64,000 bases of DNA. Source: Candidatus Babelota bacterium (GTDB taxonomy: Bacteria; Babelota; Babeliae; Babelales; UASB340). The DNA is taken from positions 295 through 64,294 of the forward strand of contig WJLJ01000083.1 of assembly GCA_014728525.1 (NCBI GenBank), given 5' to 3'. Made by a program: the position numbers and the translations under genes. Below, piece after piece: positions 28,209 to 37,991 of the stretch; the stretch's first letter is position 1, and every line of letters begins with the position of its first letter. A model generated the notes under the pieces. It had not been told where the DNA came from, did not search any database, and saw only the letters and a program-made list of their open reading frames with translations.

Positions 28209-29980
28209 CTGAGTTTAACATCTAATCCCTGTAACTCAATGTTAATTTTATTATTCCATTCATTCTTAGAAATATATGCAACAAGATCAAAACTTCTATC
28301 GCCCAGAGAATTAAAAAAAGAAAAAAGCTCTGGGCGATTAAAAAATATCACCGGTTTTATTACACCGTTACTAAAAATAAAACTTTTTACATGTCTCTCT
28401 TTTAAAATTTGAGGTTGCCCTTGCAAAGTAACATCCTTTAAAAGAAAAACCGGCTGTTCATTCTGATTGCCAAAAGGTTCTAATTTCTCCATTTCCGATA
28501 AAAATGAATAATTTAACTCACTAATATTTAATTGTGCATCTACTTTAAGTTTTGGGACAAGGTCTTTAGGATCAACCTCTTTTTTTATCAATTCTTCAAG
28601 CTTTACTTTAAGTTTCGGCATGTTTTTTTTTAGTAATTTTAATCCCGCAGCAAAAGAATGCCCTCCAAATTGAATTAATAAATCTTTACAATTATTTAAT
28701 GCATCAAAAATATTAAATTCCGGTATTGATCGGCAAGAACCTTTTAAGACCCCATTTCTATCCATATGAAAAAGAATAGACGGTTTGCCGTAATTTTGTG
28801 TTAATTTTCCTGCAACTAATCCAATTACACCTGCCGGCCAATCAGGACTAGCGGCAATTATTATATTTTCTTTTTCTAAGTTTATTCTTCGCTCTAAAAT
28901 GGCTGTTTCGATATCTAAATAAATTCTTCTATCAAGCTTTTTACGCTCCTCATTTATCCTTTTTAATTTTAATCCAATTTTTTCTACTATTTTTTTATCA
29001 GAACTTATTAAAAATTCTACAGCCTCTCTAGGATCATCCAATCTGCCTAATGCATTTATTTGAGGTGCAATCATAAAACCAATATCTCTAGAGTCAATAC
29101 TTGATTTAGATAATCTACTATTTTGAATTAAAGAACTTAAAGCCAAACTCTTTTTCTTATTTATTTTATTAAGACCGAATCTAACCCAATATCTATTCTC
29201 ACCTGTTAAAGGGGCAACATCAGCAACCGTTCCTAACATTAATAGCTCATAAATTTTATCCGGTAAAATAAGTCCTTTTTCATCATAAATCATGCAAATA
29301 ATTTTAAAAATAGTACCTACACCTGCAAGTTCTTTGTAAGGATAACAACAATCTTTTTGATTCGAATCAATAATACCTAAAGCTTTCGGTATTTTATCCA
29401 GAGGCCTATGATGATCCGTAATAATTAAATCGATTCCTAATTTACTTGCTAAATCAGCTGCTTGGAATGCAGTTATTCCATTATCAACAGTGATAATCAA
29501 ATCATATTTATTTTCATATGCTTTTTTTACTACCTTTGAAGAAAGACCATATCCTTCTTTTCTTCTATTCGGTAAATAAAAATTAATATTTGCACCCAAA
29601 GGTAAAAGAGAAATCAAAAGTAATGATGTAGAAGTTATTCCATCTACATCATAATCACCAAAAATTAAAATTTTTTCTTTTTTATCAATTGCTTTTAATA
29701 AACGCTTAAGAACTATCTTTGAATCTTTAAAAAGAATAGGATCATAAACATCTTTTTCTTTTGAAACAAATAAAAAAGAATTTATTTGATCCTTTGTTCT
29801 ATAACCTTTTGAATAAAGAACGTTAGCCGTAGCTAAACTTATATTATGCTCATTACTTATTTTTAAAACCTGATCAATATCTGTTTGGGAAATCTCCCAT
29901 AAAAACTTTTCCCCTTTTACTCTTTTATATTTTTGAAAAGAGTCGGTATCTATACCGACTCTTTGTTTTTGTATATCCAC
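28205..29980 (-). CDS. recJ: Single-stranded-DNA-specific exonuclease RecJ
   Basis: DHH-family motifs DYDVDGITS, VDNG, ITDHHRP and GGHSFAAG. The apparent start is GTG at 29980. Confidence 0.9.
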   Translation of the reverse strand: MDIQKQRVGIDTDSFQKYKRVKGEKFLWEISQTDIDQVLKISNEHNISLATANVLYSKGYRTKDQINSFLFVSKEKDVYDPILFKDSKIVLKRLLKAIDKKEKILIFGDYDVDGITSTSLLLISLLPLGANINFYLPNRRKEGYGLSSKVVKKAYENKYDLIITVDNGITAFQAADLASKLGIDLIITDHHRPLDKIPKALGIIDSNQKDCCYPYKELAGVGTIFKIICMIYDEKGLILPDKIYELLMLGTVADVAPLTGENRYWVRFGLNKINKKKSLALSSLIQNSRLSKSSIDSRDIGFMIAPQINALGRLDDPREAVEFLISSDKKIVEKIGLKLKRINEERKKLDRRIYLDIETAILERRINLEKENIIIAASPDWPAGVIGLVAGKLTQNYGKPSILFHMDRNGVLKGSCRSIPEFNIFDALNNCKDLLIQFGGHSFAAGLKLLKKNMPKLKVKLEELIKKEVDPKDLVPKLKVDAQLNISELNYSFLSEMEKLEPFGNQNEQPVFLLKDVTLQGQPQILKERHVKSFIFSNGVIKPVIFFNRPELFSFFNSLGDRSFDLVAYISKNEWNNKINIELQGLDVKLS

Positions 29981-29986
29981 AAAATT

Positions 29987-31495
29987 TTATTTTTTTTCAA
30001 TTTTTTTTAAAGTTGGAAATAAAATAACATCTTTTATTGAAGTTGTATCTGTTAAAAGCATACAAAGCCTATCAATACCAACACCAACTCCAACGGTTGG
30101 AGGTAAACCATACTCTAAGGCTTTTACATAATTTTCATCATAATGATGCGCTTCTTGATCACCGGCTCCTCTGGCCTCAACCTGAGCTTTAAATCTTTCT
30201 GCTTGATCAAAAGGATCATTTAACTCGGTAAAACCATTAGCCAATTCCATACCGGCTACAAAAAGTTCAAAGCGTGCTGCAAAATTTTTATTTTCTTGAT
30301 CTCTTTTTGCAAGAGGAGAAATCTCTATAGGATAACCTATAATAAAAGTAGGTTGAATAATTTTATCCTCTACAAAGTTTTCAAATAATGCTGAAATTTT
30401 AGCACCGTATCTGGCAATTTTTGTAATTTCTATATCATGTTTTTTTATAAGTTTATCTATATTTTCTTCAGATATTTCCTGCTTTGAAAAACCACCAATT
30501 TCTATTAAAGAATCTTTCATGGTTAATCTTCTAAATGGGGTAGAAAAATCTAATGTATGTTCATCAAATTTTACATAAGATGAATCAAAAAGGTTTTTAA
30601 CCGTTTCATTTATCATTTTTTCCGTTAATTCCATGCCGTCTTTATAATTCCCATACGCCATATAAAATTCAAGCATGGTAAATTCAGGATTATGCTTTGT
30701 TGAAATACCTTCATTTCTAAAATTACGATTAATTTCAAAAACTCTTTCAAATCCGCCTATAACTAAGCGTTTTAAATATAACTCTGGAGCTATACGAAGG
30801 TATAAATCCATATTATATGTATTGTGATGAGTTACAAATGGTCTGGCGGCCGCTCCTCCCGGAATCGGATGAAGCATAGGAGTTTCTACTTCTAAAAAAT
30901 CTTTATCCAATAAAAACTTTCTAATATTTTGAATAATTTTAGATCTAGTAATAAATTTTTCTTTGCTTTCAGGATTACTTATTAAATCCAAGTAACGTTG
31001 CCTATAGCGCTGTTCAACATCAACCAAACCATGAAATTTTTCAGGTAAAGGATGTAAACATTTACTCTGCAAAGCCAAATCAGATACTTTTAATGTGATT
31101 TGTCCCATTTTTGTTTTAAAAACAGAACCTTTTACCCAAATAATATCACCAACATCAATTTGATTTACAAAAAAATCAAATTCTTTTTCTCCTACTAAAT
31201 CTTTTTTTATATAAATCTGCAAATCTCCACTTCTATCTCTAAGATTTGCAAAAACAGTCTTGCCATGATCTCTGATAGTCATCAAGCGTCCTGCTACGCT
31301 ATATTCTTTATTTTCTGACAATTCATGTTCAAAATCGTAAATTATCTTTTTACAAGTAGCATTCGTCTTTTTATATGCCGGCCAAGGATTAATTCCATTT
31401 TCGATCATCTGTTCTACTTTTTTAAGACGAATTTCATCTTCTTTTAAAGTCTCTGTTTCCGCATTTCGAACTTCAATATTTTCTTTTTTTGTCAT
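29987..31495 (-). CDS. lysS: Lysyl-tRNA synthetase, class II
   Basis: OB-fold N-terminal domain. Motifs FRNEGIS, ELANGFTELNDP and GVGIDRLCMLL. Confidence 0.93.
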   Translation of the reverse strand: MTKKENIEVRNAETETLKEDEIRLKKVEQMIENGINPWPAYKKTNATCKKIIYDFEHELSENKEYSVAGRLMTIRDHGKTVFANLRDRSGDLQIYIKKDLVGEKEFDFFVNQIDVGDIIWVKGSVFKTKMGQITLKVSDLALQSKCLHPLPEKFHGLVDVEQRYRQRYLDLISNPESKEKFITRSKIIQNIRKFLLDKDFLEVETPMLHPIPGGAAARPFVTHHNTYNMDLYLRIAPELYLKRLVIGGFERVFEINRNFRNEGISTKHNPEFTMLEFYMAYGNYKDGMELTEKMINETVKNLFDSSYVKFDEHTLDFSTPFRRLTMKDSLIEIGGFSKQEISEENIDKLIKKHDIEITKIARYGAKISALFENFVEDKIIQPTFIIGYPIEISPLAKRDQENKNFAARFELFVAGMELANGFTELNDPFDQAERFKAQVEARGAGDQEAHHYDENYVKALEYGLPPTVGVGVGIDRLCMLLTDTTSIKDVILFPTLKKIEKK

Positions 31496-31570
31496 AGCAA
31501 TATCCCGAAAATTTTATACATAAGTAACTATATGTTTAATTATAAACAAATAATAAAAAAAGAGCTAAAT

Positions 31571-31849
31571 TTAAAACTCAAGATAAACTGTTTCTCCTGG
31601 AGAACCCATTAATAAATCTTGTCTCGCTAACTTTTCCAACTCAAATTCTTTCTCTTGCAATCTCTTAATAGATTTTTGTAATTCTTTAATTTTATTTTCT
31701 AATTTATAAATTTTTTTCTTTTTTATTTCAATTTCTCCTTTTTCCCTAAAATAAGATTTCAAGCCCGAAGAGCTTAAAAAAATAGAATACATGCAAAATA
31801 AAATTAAAAAAAATAAAATTAAGGATCTTAAAATTAAACGCTTCTCCAC
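31571..31849 (-). CDS. ftsB: Septum formation initiator FtsB/DivIC family
   Basis: N-terminal TM segment, a leucine-zipper-like coiled coil, then ARQDLLMGSPGETVY. Confidence 0.7.
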   Translation of the reverse strand: MEKRLILRSLILFFLILFCMYSIFLSSSGLKSYFREKGEIEIKKKKIYKLENKIKELQKSIKRLQEKEFELEKLARQDLLMGSPGETVYLEF

Positions 31850-31859
31850 AAGACTACCC

Positions 31860-32762
31860 TCATTCTTTACCTAAATCTCTATGTTGCACCAAAAAACTAG
31901 TATTATCCCAAACTTCTGATGCTATTTTTTCTACAAAAGCAACTGATCTATGCTTTCCTCCGGTACAACCAACAGAAACATTAACAAAAAATCTACCTTC
32001 TTGATAAAATTTTTGAATAGAATAATTAAGAAAATTTCTAAGTTTATCCCAATACTCTATGACACTATCTTTTTTAAATAAAAAATCTCTTATTAACGGA
32101 TTTCTTCCATCAAGCTTTTTTAAATGCTCTTCAAAAAATGGATTCGGTAAAAAACGTAAGTCACAAACAAGATTACTTTCAACAGGAACACCAAATTTAA
32201 AACCGAACGAAATTAAATTTACCAAAATATCTTGTTGAACATTTTTGGATAAAGAATTTTTAACCCACTTTCTCAAGTCATGAACAGTAAAAATATCTGT
32301 ATCTAAAACAATATCTGCCATGCATTTTATTGGATCCAATATCTTTATTTCCTTTTCTATTGCACTTATCAAACTTAAATTGCCTTGAGATAAAGGATGA
32401 TTTCTTCTTGTTTCTTGAAATCTTCTGGTTAATGTTTGTTTGCTAGCATTTAGAAAAACAACCTTTAATTGCCAACGTTCTTTTTCCTCTTTTTTGATAT
32501 TATCCAATTGATCAATAAAATGAGGTAAAAATTTTTTTCCTCTTACATCAACACTTAAAGCAACTTTAGATAAATTATCTTGACCTTGATATGCCAAATT
32601 TAAAAATTTAGAAAGCAAAGGTAAAGGTAAATTATCGACACAATAAAAACCGAAATCCTCCAAAGAACGTATGAATACTGTCTTTCCGGCACCAGAAAGT
32701 CCGGTAATAATAAAAGCTTGTTTAGGAAATAAAGTTTTTATATTATTTTCAGAGTTATGCAT
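31860..32762 (-). CDS. rapZ: RNase adapter / nucleotide-binding protein RapZ (YvcJ family)
   Basis: ITGLSGAGKT Walker A. C-terminal VGCTGGKHRSV motif. Confidence 0.85.
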   Translation of the reverse strand: MHNSENNIKTLFPKQAFIITGLSGAGKTVFIRSLEDFGFYCVDNLPLPLLSKFLNLAYQGQDNLSKVALSVDVRGKKFLPHFIDQLDNIKKEEKERWQLKVVFLNASKQTLTRRFQETRRNHPLSQGNLSLISAIEKEIKILDPIKCMADIVLDTDIFTVHDLRKWVKNSLSKNVQQDILVNLISFGFKFGVPVESNLVCDLRFLPNPFFEEHLKKLDGRNPLIRDFLFKKDSVIEYWDKLRNFLNYSIQKFYQEGRFFVNVSVGCTGGKHRSVAFVEKIASEVWDNTSFLVQHRDLGKE

Positions 32763-32911
32763 AATTATTAATAAAATTTTAAATACTTTCTAAAACAATA
32801 ATCTTTATATAAGATTACTACATAATTAACAACAAACTAAAAAATAAATTAAATTTTTAATAAAATAATAAATATAAATTATATTAAATTAACAAAAACA
32901 AAGGAGAGTTT

Positions 32912-34453
32912 ATGCTTAAATTAAATAAGTTATTAGTATTATTAATAATAACTTTCATAAATATTGCAAACGCAAAAAATAATAATTCGAACAGAAAATT
33001 CAGACATCCGTTATTAGCAAAAAAAGATCAGGTCAAGCTCTCTTTAGGTAAAAACAATAATTCAACAGATCATAAAAAAGAAATATATCCTTGGTTAGGA
33101 ACTTTTGCTGAAGTCATAAGTCTAATAGAAAAAAAAGCATTCAGAGAAGTAGATTTTTCAAATTTCGTACAAGAAGCATTAAAAGCTGCGGTTCCTCATG
33201 TTGATGCACATTCAGCATTTTTTTCAAAAAAAAGTTATCAAGAAACTATGGAATCAACTTCGGGTAAATTTTCAGGTATTGGAGTAAGTATTATCAGCAA
33301 AGCACCGGAAGATGATACTTTATTAATCGTAGATGTAATACAATCGGGCCCCGCATATAAAGCAGGCCTTAAAGGCGGAGATAAAATTATAGAAGTAGAT
33401 GGAGAAAAATTACGAGGTCTTTCTACAGATGAAGTTATAAATAAACTAAAAGGAAAAAACGGAACAATAGTACAATTAAAAATTATACGCGAAAAAAAGC
33501 CTTTAGAATTTAAAATAAAAAGAGAAATAATAAAAGACCCAACCTCCTTCTGCTATCATTTTCCCGATCAAAATATATATTACATTTCTTTAAAAATATT
33601 CAATCAACCTGCCGCAAAACAGGTATCAGAGCTATTAAAGAAAGCAAATAAAGGAAAAGCCAAAGGTCTTATAATAGATTTAAGAAGAAATCCAGGCGGA
33701 ATATTAAATTCTGCAATAGATATGGCCGAACTGTTTTTACCCAAAAAAAGCTTGGTCGTTACTACAAAAAACAAATTTGGAGAAATAACTTCACAATATT
33801 ACACCAGAAGAAAAGCTACTCTTAGTAGTAATATTCCAATTTTTATATTGGTAGATAATTTCAGCGCATCAGCATCAGAAATTCTTGCAGGATGTTTACA
33901 ATACTATTCAAAAAAATTAATTGATCCTAAAACAAAAAAAAGTAAATTAATGGTCTTTTTGGTTGGAACTTCAACCTTTGGAAAAGGTTCTGTTCAAGAA
34001 GTAATTCCAATAAGTAACGGTTGCGCATTAAAACTAACTGTCGATCTTTATTATTTACCAAATGATGTCTCAATACAAGCAAAAGGTATAGATCCGGATT
34101 TTCTTGTAAAACCTAAAATGATTCCATCAGAAGAAATGCAGTGGGTGCAAGATCTTTATGGTAAAGAACAATCATTAAAACATCATATATCTGAAGAAGA
34201 AGTAAAAACCGGAATCAAAGAAGAAACAAAAAAAGAAAAAGAAGAAGAAACAAAAGAAAAAACTTGGGAAGAAAAACAAAAGGAAGCTATAAACAAAGAT
34301 ACTCAAATAAAAGCCAGCTTAAATCTTATAAACCTTCTGGACTTTGCAAGAAAATGTAACCCGAATATTGTTAACACCAGGGCTAAAGCATTAAACTTTT
34401 TAAAACGAAATTTTATTACTGATGAAGCTATAAACATAGAAAAAGTAAAATAA
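32912..34453 (+). CDS. ctp: Carboxy-terminal processing protease (S41, Ctp/Prc) with a K/E-rich C-terminal extension
   Basis: PDZ segment GPAYKAGLKGGDKIIEVDG. Motifs DLRRNPGG, NFSASASEILAG and GTSTFGKGSVQ. Confidence 0.88.
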   Translation: MLKLNKLLVLLIITFINIANAKNNNSNRKFRHPLLAKKDQVKLSLGKNNNSTDHKKEIYPWLGTFAEVISLIEKKAFREVDFSNFVQEALKAAVPHVDAHSAFFSKKSYQETMESTSGKFSGIGVSIISKAPEDDTLLIVDVIQSGPAYKAGLKGGDKIIEVDGEKLRGLSTDEVINKLKGKNGTIVQLKIIREKKPLEFKIKREIIKDPTSFCYHFPDQNIYYISLKIFNQPAAKQVSELLKKANKGKAKGLIIDLRRNPGGILNSAIDMAELFLPKKSLVVTTKNKFGEITSQYYTRRKATLSSNIPIFILVDNFSASASEILAGCLQYYSKKLIDPKTKKSKLMVFLVGTSTFGKGSVQEVIPISNGCALKLTVDLYYLPNDVSIQAKGIDPDFLVKPKMIPSEEMQWVQDLYGKEQSLKHHISEEEVKTGIKEETKKEKEEETKEKTWEEKQKEAINKDTQIKASLNLINLLDFARKCNPNIVNTRAKALNFLKRNFITDEAINIEKVK

Positions 34454-34476
34454 TTTTTAAAAAATAAGATTTCTGC

Positions 34477-34505
34477 TTGGATTTTTATATAAAAGGACTT
34501 ATAAT
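34477..34505 (+). promoter_or_regulatory. Candidate sigma70-type promoter of the tRNA operon
   Basis: TTGGAT, 17-nt spacer, TATAAT. It lies about 30 nt upstream of tRNA-His. Confidence 0.45.
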
Positions 34506-34535
34506 ATCTGAGTAAACATCAAGTGATAACATCGT

Positions 34536-34612
34536 GGTGAGCGTAGCTCAGTTGGTAGAGCACCAGATTGTGGTTCTGGACGTCGCGGGTTCAAGTCCCG
34601 TCGCTCACCCCA
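34536..34612 (+). tRNA. tRNA-His (GTG) with encoded G-1 and CCA
   Basis: G-1 pairs with C73. Acceptor stem GTGAGCG/CGCTCAC. Anticodon loop TTGTGGT. T arm GCGGGTTCAAGTCCCGT. Confidence 0.93.
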
Positions 34613-34630
34613 AGAATTTACCAGTAATAT

Positions 34631-34706
34631 CGGGGCGTGGCGCAGCTGGTAGCGCACTCGCTTTGGGAGCGAGGGGTCGCCAGTTCGAGTCTGGCCGCCC
34701 CGACCA
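34631..34706 (+). tRNA. tRNA-Pro (TGG) with encoded CCA
   Basis: Acceptor stem CGGGGCG/CGCCCCG. Anticodon loop TTTGGGA. T arm GCCAGTTCGAGTCTGGC. Confidence 0.93.
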
Positions 34707-34744
34707 TTTTTTCAAACAGGTATTTTGAAATATCTAGTCAATTT

Positions 34745-34800
34745 GTGCCCGTAGCTTCCGCCGTCGCACAAGGCTATGGCGGACAGGCATCTTGAAATAT
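34745..34800 (+). repeat. tRNA-slot module A: first 12 nt of tRNA-Arg, then a GC hairpin, then the CTTGAAATAT box
   Basis: GTGCCCGTAGCT TCCGCC gtcgcacaaggctat GGCGGA CAGGCAT CTTGAAATAT. Confidence 0.85.
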
Positions 34801-34811
34801 GTAGTTAACTG

Positions 34812-34868
34812 GTGCCCGTAGCTTCCGCCGACGCTCAAGAGCTATGGCGGACAGGCATTTTGAAATAT
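34812..34868 (+). repeat. tRNA-slot module B, tandem to A with a 67-nt period
   Basis: GTGCCCGTAGCT TCCGCC gacgctcaagagctat GGCGGA CAGGCAT TTTGAAATAT. The stem is identical to A and all differences fall in the loop. Confidence 0.85.
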
Positions 34869-34880
34869 AAAGTTTATCGT

Positions 34881-34957
34881 GTGCCCGTAGCTCAGTTGGA
34901 TAGAGCAACGGATTTCTAATCCGTAGGTCGCAGGTTCGAGTCCTGCCGGGCACGCCA
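34881..34957 (+). tRNA. tRNA-Arg (TCT) with encoded CCA
   Basis: Acceptor stem GTGCCCG/CGGGCAC. Anticodon loop TTTCTAA. T arm GCAGGTTCGAGTCCTGC. Confidence 0.93.
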
Positions 34958-35093
34958 GCTTTCGCTCTTCGGTCATTTGTAATTAATCAAATTTTTTCTT
35001 AATGTCTAAATCATTATAAATATATGGCCAAAAATAGACTTAATAATTATTACTTAATTAGCTCAATTCCACTTTTAATATATTTAAATCTTT

Positions 35094-35966
35094 TTATAAT
35101 TCATCGATAATTTTTAAGACATTTAAAAAGTAATTTTTATTAATATTCTCATCAACAGCCCAACAAGTAGATAAAACTACTTTAAGATAAGTGGCTCGTA
35201 TAATTTCTTCACAACTAAGATTCAGAGAATTAGAAATAAGATTAATCCTATTTAAAATTATATCTTTTACATTATTTTGTTTTAAAAGTTCTGGGATAGG
35301 ATTATAAATTGCACTAGCAACTTCAATAATAGGATTACCCAATACTCCTTTGGGATCAATAGCAACCCATCCTTCATGTTCATCCCAAAGTATATTGTCG
35401 TAATGCAAATCACCATGTAATAAAACTTGTCTTAAAGTTTTGGAAAAAAAATAATCTTTTAATTCACGAGCTCTGATTAAATATTTTTTTGGTAAATTCA
35501 AATTTTTATCTAGTATTTTTAGCCAATCAAATATGTTTGGAAAATTTTCTAAATTAGAAATAGAAATACTATGGAGATTTTTAATTATATCACATATAAT
35601 CTTAGTTGCTTTTTCATCTTGGTTTGGAAACAGTTTTTTTAAACTGGTTCCAGGAATCATTTTTTGTAACAACAAAGCACCTAATTCAATATCATAACTT
35701 ATAATCCCTACACAATCAGAGCCTGAAAAAGCATTTAAGGCATTAATTTCTCGCTCAAGATATTTTTTATCAAAACTAATTTTCAGAATAACTGGAATAT
35801 TTTTTTGAATAGCACTTAAAACATAATTATAAGACAAATTTGGCATAACTTGTAAATTAGATAATTCCCAATATTCAGATAGGTTATTAACAATATTTGG
35901 AATATTATTTAACCATTCTTGACCTTTTTGTCCGTATAAATTAATTATATTTTTCTTAAAACTCAT
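35094..35966 (-). CDS. APH(6)/streptomycin-kinase-family phosphotransferase-like protein
   Basis: LLHGDLHYDNILWDEHEGWVAIDPKGVLGNP parallels the LHGDLHHENI...WLVIDPVGLVGE segment of APH(6) enzymes. Confidence 0.7.
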   Translation of the reverse strand: MSFKKNIINLYGQKGQEWLNNIPNIVNNLSEYWELSNLQVMPNLSYNYVLSAIQKNIPVILKISFDKKYLEREINALNAFSGSDCVGIISYDIELGALLLQKMIPGTSLKKLFPNQDEKATKIICDIIKNLHSISISNLENFPNIFDWLKILDKNLNLPKKYLIRARELKDYFFSKTLRQVLLHGDLHYDNILWDEHEGWVAIDPKGVLGNPIIEVASAIYNPIPELLKQNNVKDIILNRINLISNSLNLSCEEIIRATYLKVVLSTCWAVDENINKNYFLNVLKIIDEL

Positions 35967-36103
35967 AAGCTTTACTTTTTTTTATACCGCTAGTTTTAAT
36001 GTAAGGCTTCTATTTCTAAACATAATTCTATATAATTGATTCTAAATATGTCAATTAAAGTATTGCCAAAAACATAACACTGTTTGATTTCCTGGAGTCT
36101 TAC

Positions 36104-37159
36104 ATGGCGCATATCATTTCAATAGGACTTGTAATATTTATCATTCTCAGCTCAGTTGTTGCCCTTATACTACTGGCAAAAAAAAATCCCCTTACTCACC
36201 CCTTTGTTGAAAGCCATGGCAAAATAATTAAAGAAAGTATTGCAGAACAGCTTTTTTTGCCACTTGGTGGAACTAAGCAATGGATTTCACTACGTGGAAT
36301 AAATAAAAATAATCCGATACTCATTTTTTTACATGGTGGACCAGGAATATCTCTACATGCATTATTTCGTTATTTTCACCACGACCTTGAAAATCATTTT
36401 CTCATTGTCGGTTGGGATCAAAGAGGAACAGGGAAATCTTATAATAGTTCAATACCTCCTAGCTCAATGAATATAGATACTTTTATATCAGACCTAAAAC
36501 AATTAGTTGATTACCTAAAAAAAAGATTTAACAAAAACAAAGTTTACATTTTAGGAGAATCATGGGGATCGTTACTAGGAATATTATATTCTTACAAATA
36601 TCCAGAAGATGTTGCAGCTTATATTGGAACAGGACAAATAACAAACATGAAAGAATCAGAAAAAATTAGTTTTGAATTTACCCTATCTGAAGCAAAAAAA
36701 AGAAAAAATAAAAAAGCAATTACAGAATTAAGTAAAATCCAACAACCTTCAGGAACAAATCTTAAAGATCTAGCTATTCAGCGAAAATGGTTATTAAAAT
36801 TTGGAGGTGCACTTTATAAAAAAACAAGCTATTTACCTTGGATATTAAAATTATTAAGCACAAAAAAATATTCATGTATTGATGTTATAAATTATTTTCG
36901 TGGTCAAAGATTTTCTTTAAAATTTCTTTGGAAACAAATTTTTGAAACAAATTTTTTTAAACAAATTTCAAAATTAAATGTTCCTGTTTACTTTTTGCTA
37001 GGCAAACATGATAATCAAGTTTCATCACATCTCGCTCAAAAATATTTTAATTTTTTAAAAGCTCCTAAAAAGAAACTTATTTGGTTTGAAAATTCAGGAC
37101 ATAATCCAATGTTCGAAGAACCTGAAAAATTTAATAATACAATTTTAAAAATATTATAA
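36104..37159 (+). CDS. Alpha/beta hydrolase, prolyl-aminopeptidase (S33)-like, with an N-terminal TM segment
   Basis: HGGPG motif (IFLHGGPGIS) and nucleophile elbow GESWGS. Confidence 0.7.
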   Translation: MAHIISIGLVIFIILSSVVALILLAKKNPLTHPFVESHGKIIKESIAEQLFLPLGGTKQWISLRGINKNNPILIFLHGGPGISLHALFRYFHHDLENHFLIVGWDQRGTGKSYNSSIPPSSMNIDTFISDLKQLVDYLKKRFNKNKVYILGESWGSLLGILYSYKYPEDVAAYIGTGQITNMKESEKISFEFTLSEAKKRKNKKAITELSKIQQPSGTNLKDLAIQRKWLLKFGGALYKKTSYLPWILKLLSTKKYSCIDVINYFRGQRFSLKFLWKQIFETNFFKQISKLNVPVYFLLGKHDNQVSSHLAQKYFNFLKAPKKKLIWFENSGHNPMFEEPEKFNNTILKIL

Positions 37160-37247
37160 AATCATATTAATCAATTTCTAAATTAAAATTTTCAGCTTTA
37201 TTCCTACGCAATACTTCAGTTGATTTTTTATAACTCAATCAAACAAT

Positions 37248-37793
37248 TCATTTTATAGAATATCTTTGTGGAATATAACTATCACCATATTCAGATACAA
37301 GAAACCTTTCTTCCTCTATATATTTGGAAGATTCACAAATAAGGAAAAAAAGCGTTTTAAGTTTATCTAATAAATTATTTAAATCGGTTCTAATGTTATT
37401 AAAGTATTCTATTTCTTTTGATCTTATTTTTTTTGATCTTTTCATTTTTATAAAGAAAAATTTTAGTTTCTTTATAGATTTTATAACATAATCATTATAA
37501 GAATGATATCTAATAATATTATTATAACCCGAATTATGAATAAACTTATTATTTCGATAAGTAGAAAGGGCAGCTTCAGAAATTTTTTCTATTTTTTCAT
37601 CTTCATCTAAATTTGAAGTTATTATTTCTAATTCCTTTTTATACAATCTATTATACTCTAAAAGTGTACTATCAATATCTTTCTTTAATTTTTCTTCGTA
37701 AGTTAATTTTTGAGATTGTTTTCCACATCCAACAAAAATTACTATAAAAATAATAGAAATAAATTTCAAAAAAATATTTTTAAAAATTTTCAT
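37248..37793 (-). CDS. Hypothetical lipoprotein
   Basis: Lipobox IFVGC after a hydrophobic N-terminus. GGAGG RBS. Confidence 0.55.
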   Translation of the reverse strand: MKIFKNIFLKFISIIFIVIFVGCGKQSQKLTYEEKLKKDIDSTLLEYNRLYKKELEIITSNLDEDEKIEKISEAALSTYRNNKFIHNSGYNNIIRYHSYNDYVIKSIKKLKFFFIKMKRSKKIRSKEIEYFNNIRTDLNNLLDKLKTLFFLICESSKYIEEERFLVSEYGDSYIPQRYSIK

Positions 37794-37991
37794 ATAAACA
37801 AAACCTCCATAAAAATGTCTTTAATAAAAATCTTTTACTATATTATTTACACCTAAATAAAATTATATTCTAATATGATTTTATTAATTTTTAATATAAA
37901 ACGCAAAGGCCACTATTTGAATATAAGAAACTGAAAAAAAATAAAATTCTTATTCTATCTGAGAATCATACTTGAAATATCTAATAAATTT

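Noticed and set aside
29937-29964. Perfect 12-bp inverted repeat (AAAGAGTCGGTA tcta TACCGACTCTTT) just inside the 5' end of recJ, 23 nt below the lysS stop
   Set aside because: On the transcribed (minus) strand no T-run follows it, so it is not a convincing lysS terminator. It may modulate recJ translation from the GTG start, but I cannot support that from sequence alone.
34534-34728. Listed 64-aa plus-strand ORF (MVSVAQLVEHQ...)
   Set aside because: It is the translation of the tRNA-His and tRNA-Pro genes. The GC-rich tRNA sequence happens to be stop-free.
34725-34733. The TTGAAATAT box read as a -35 element (TTGAAA) for each module or tRNA
   Set aside because: A -10 hexamer 17 nt downstream would fall inside GTGCCCGTAGCT, where no TATAAT-like sequence exists. 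I keep it only as a conserved leader box of unknown role.
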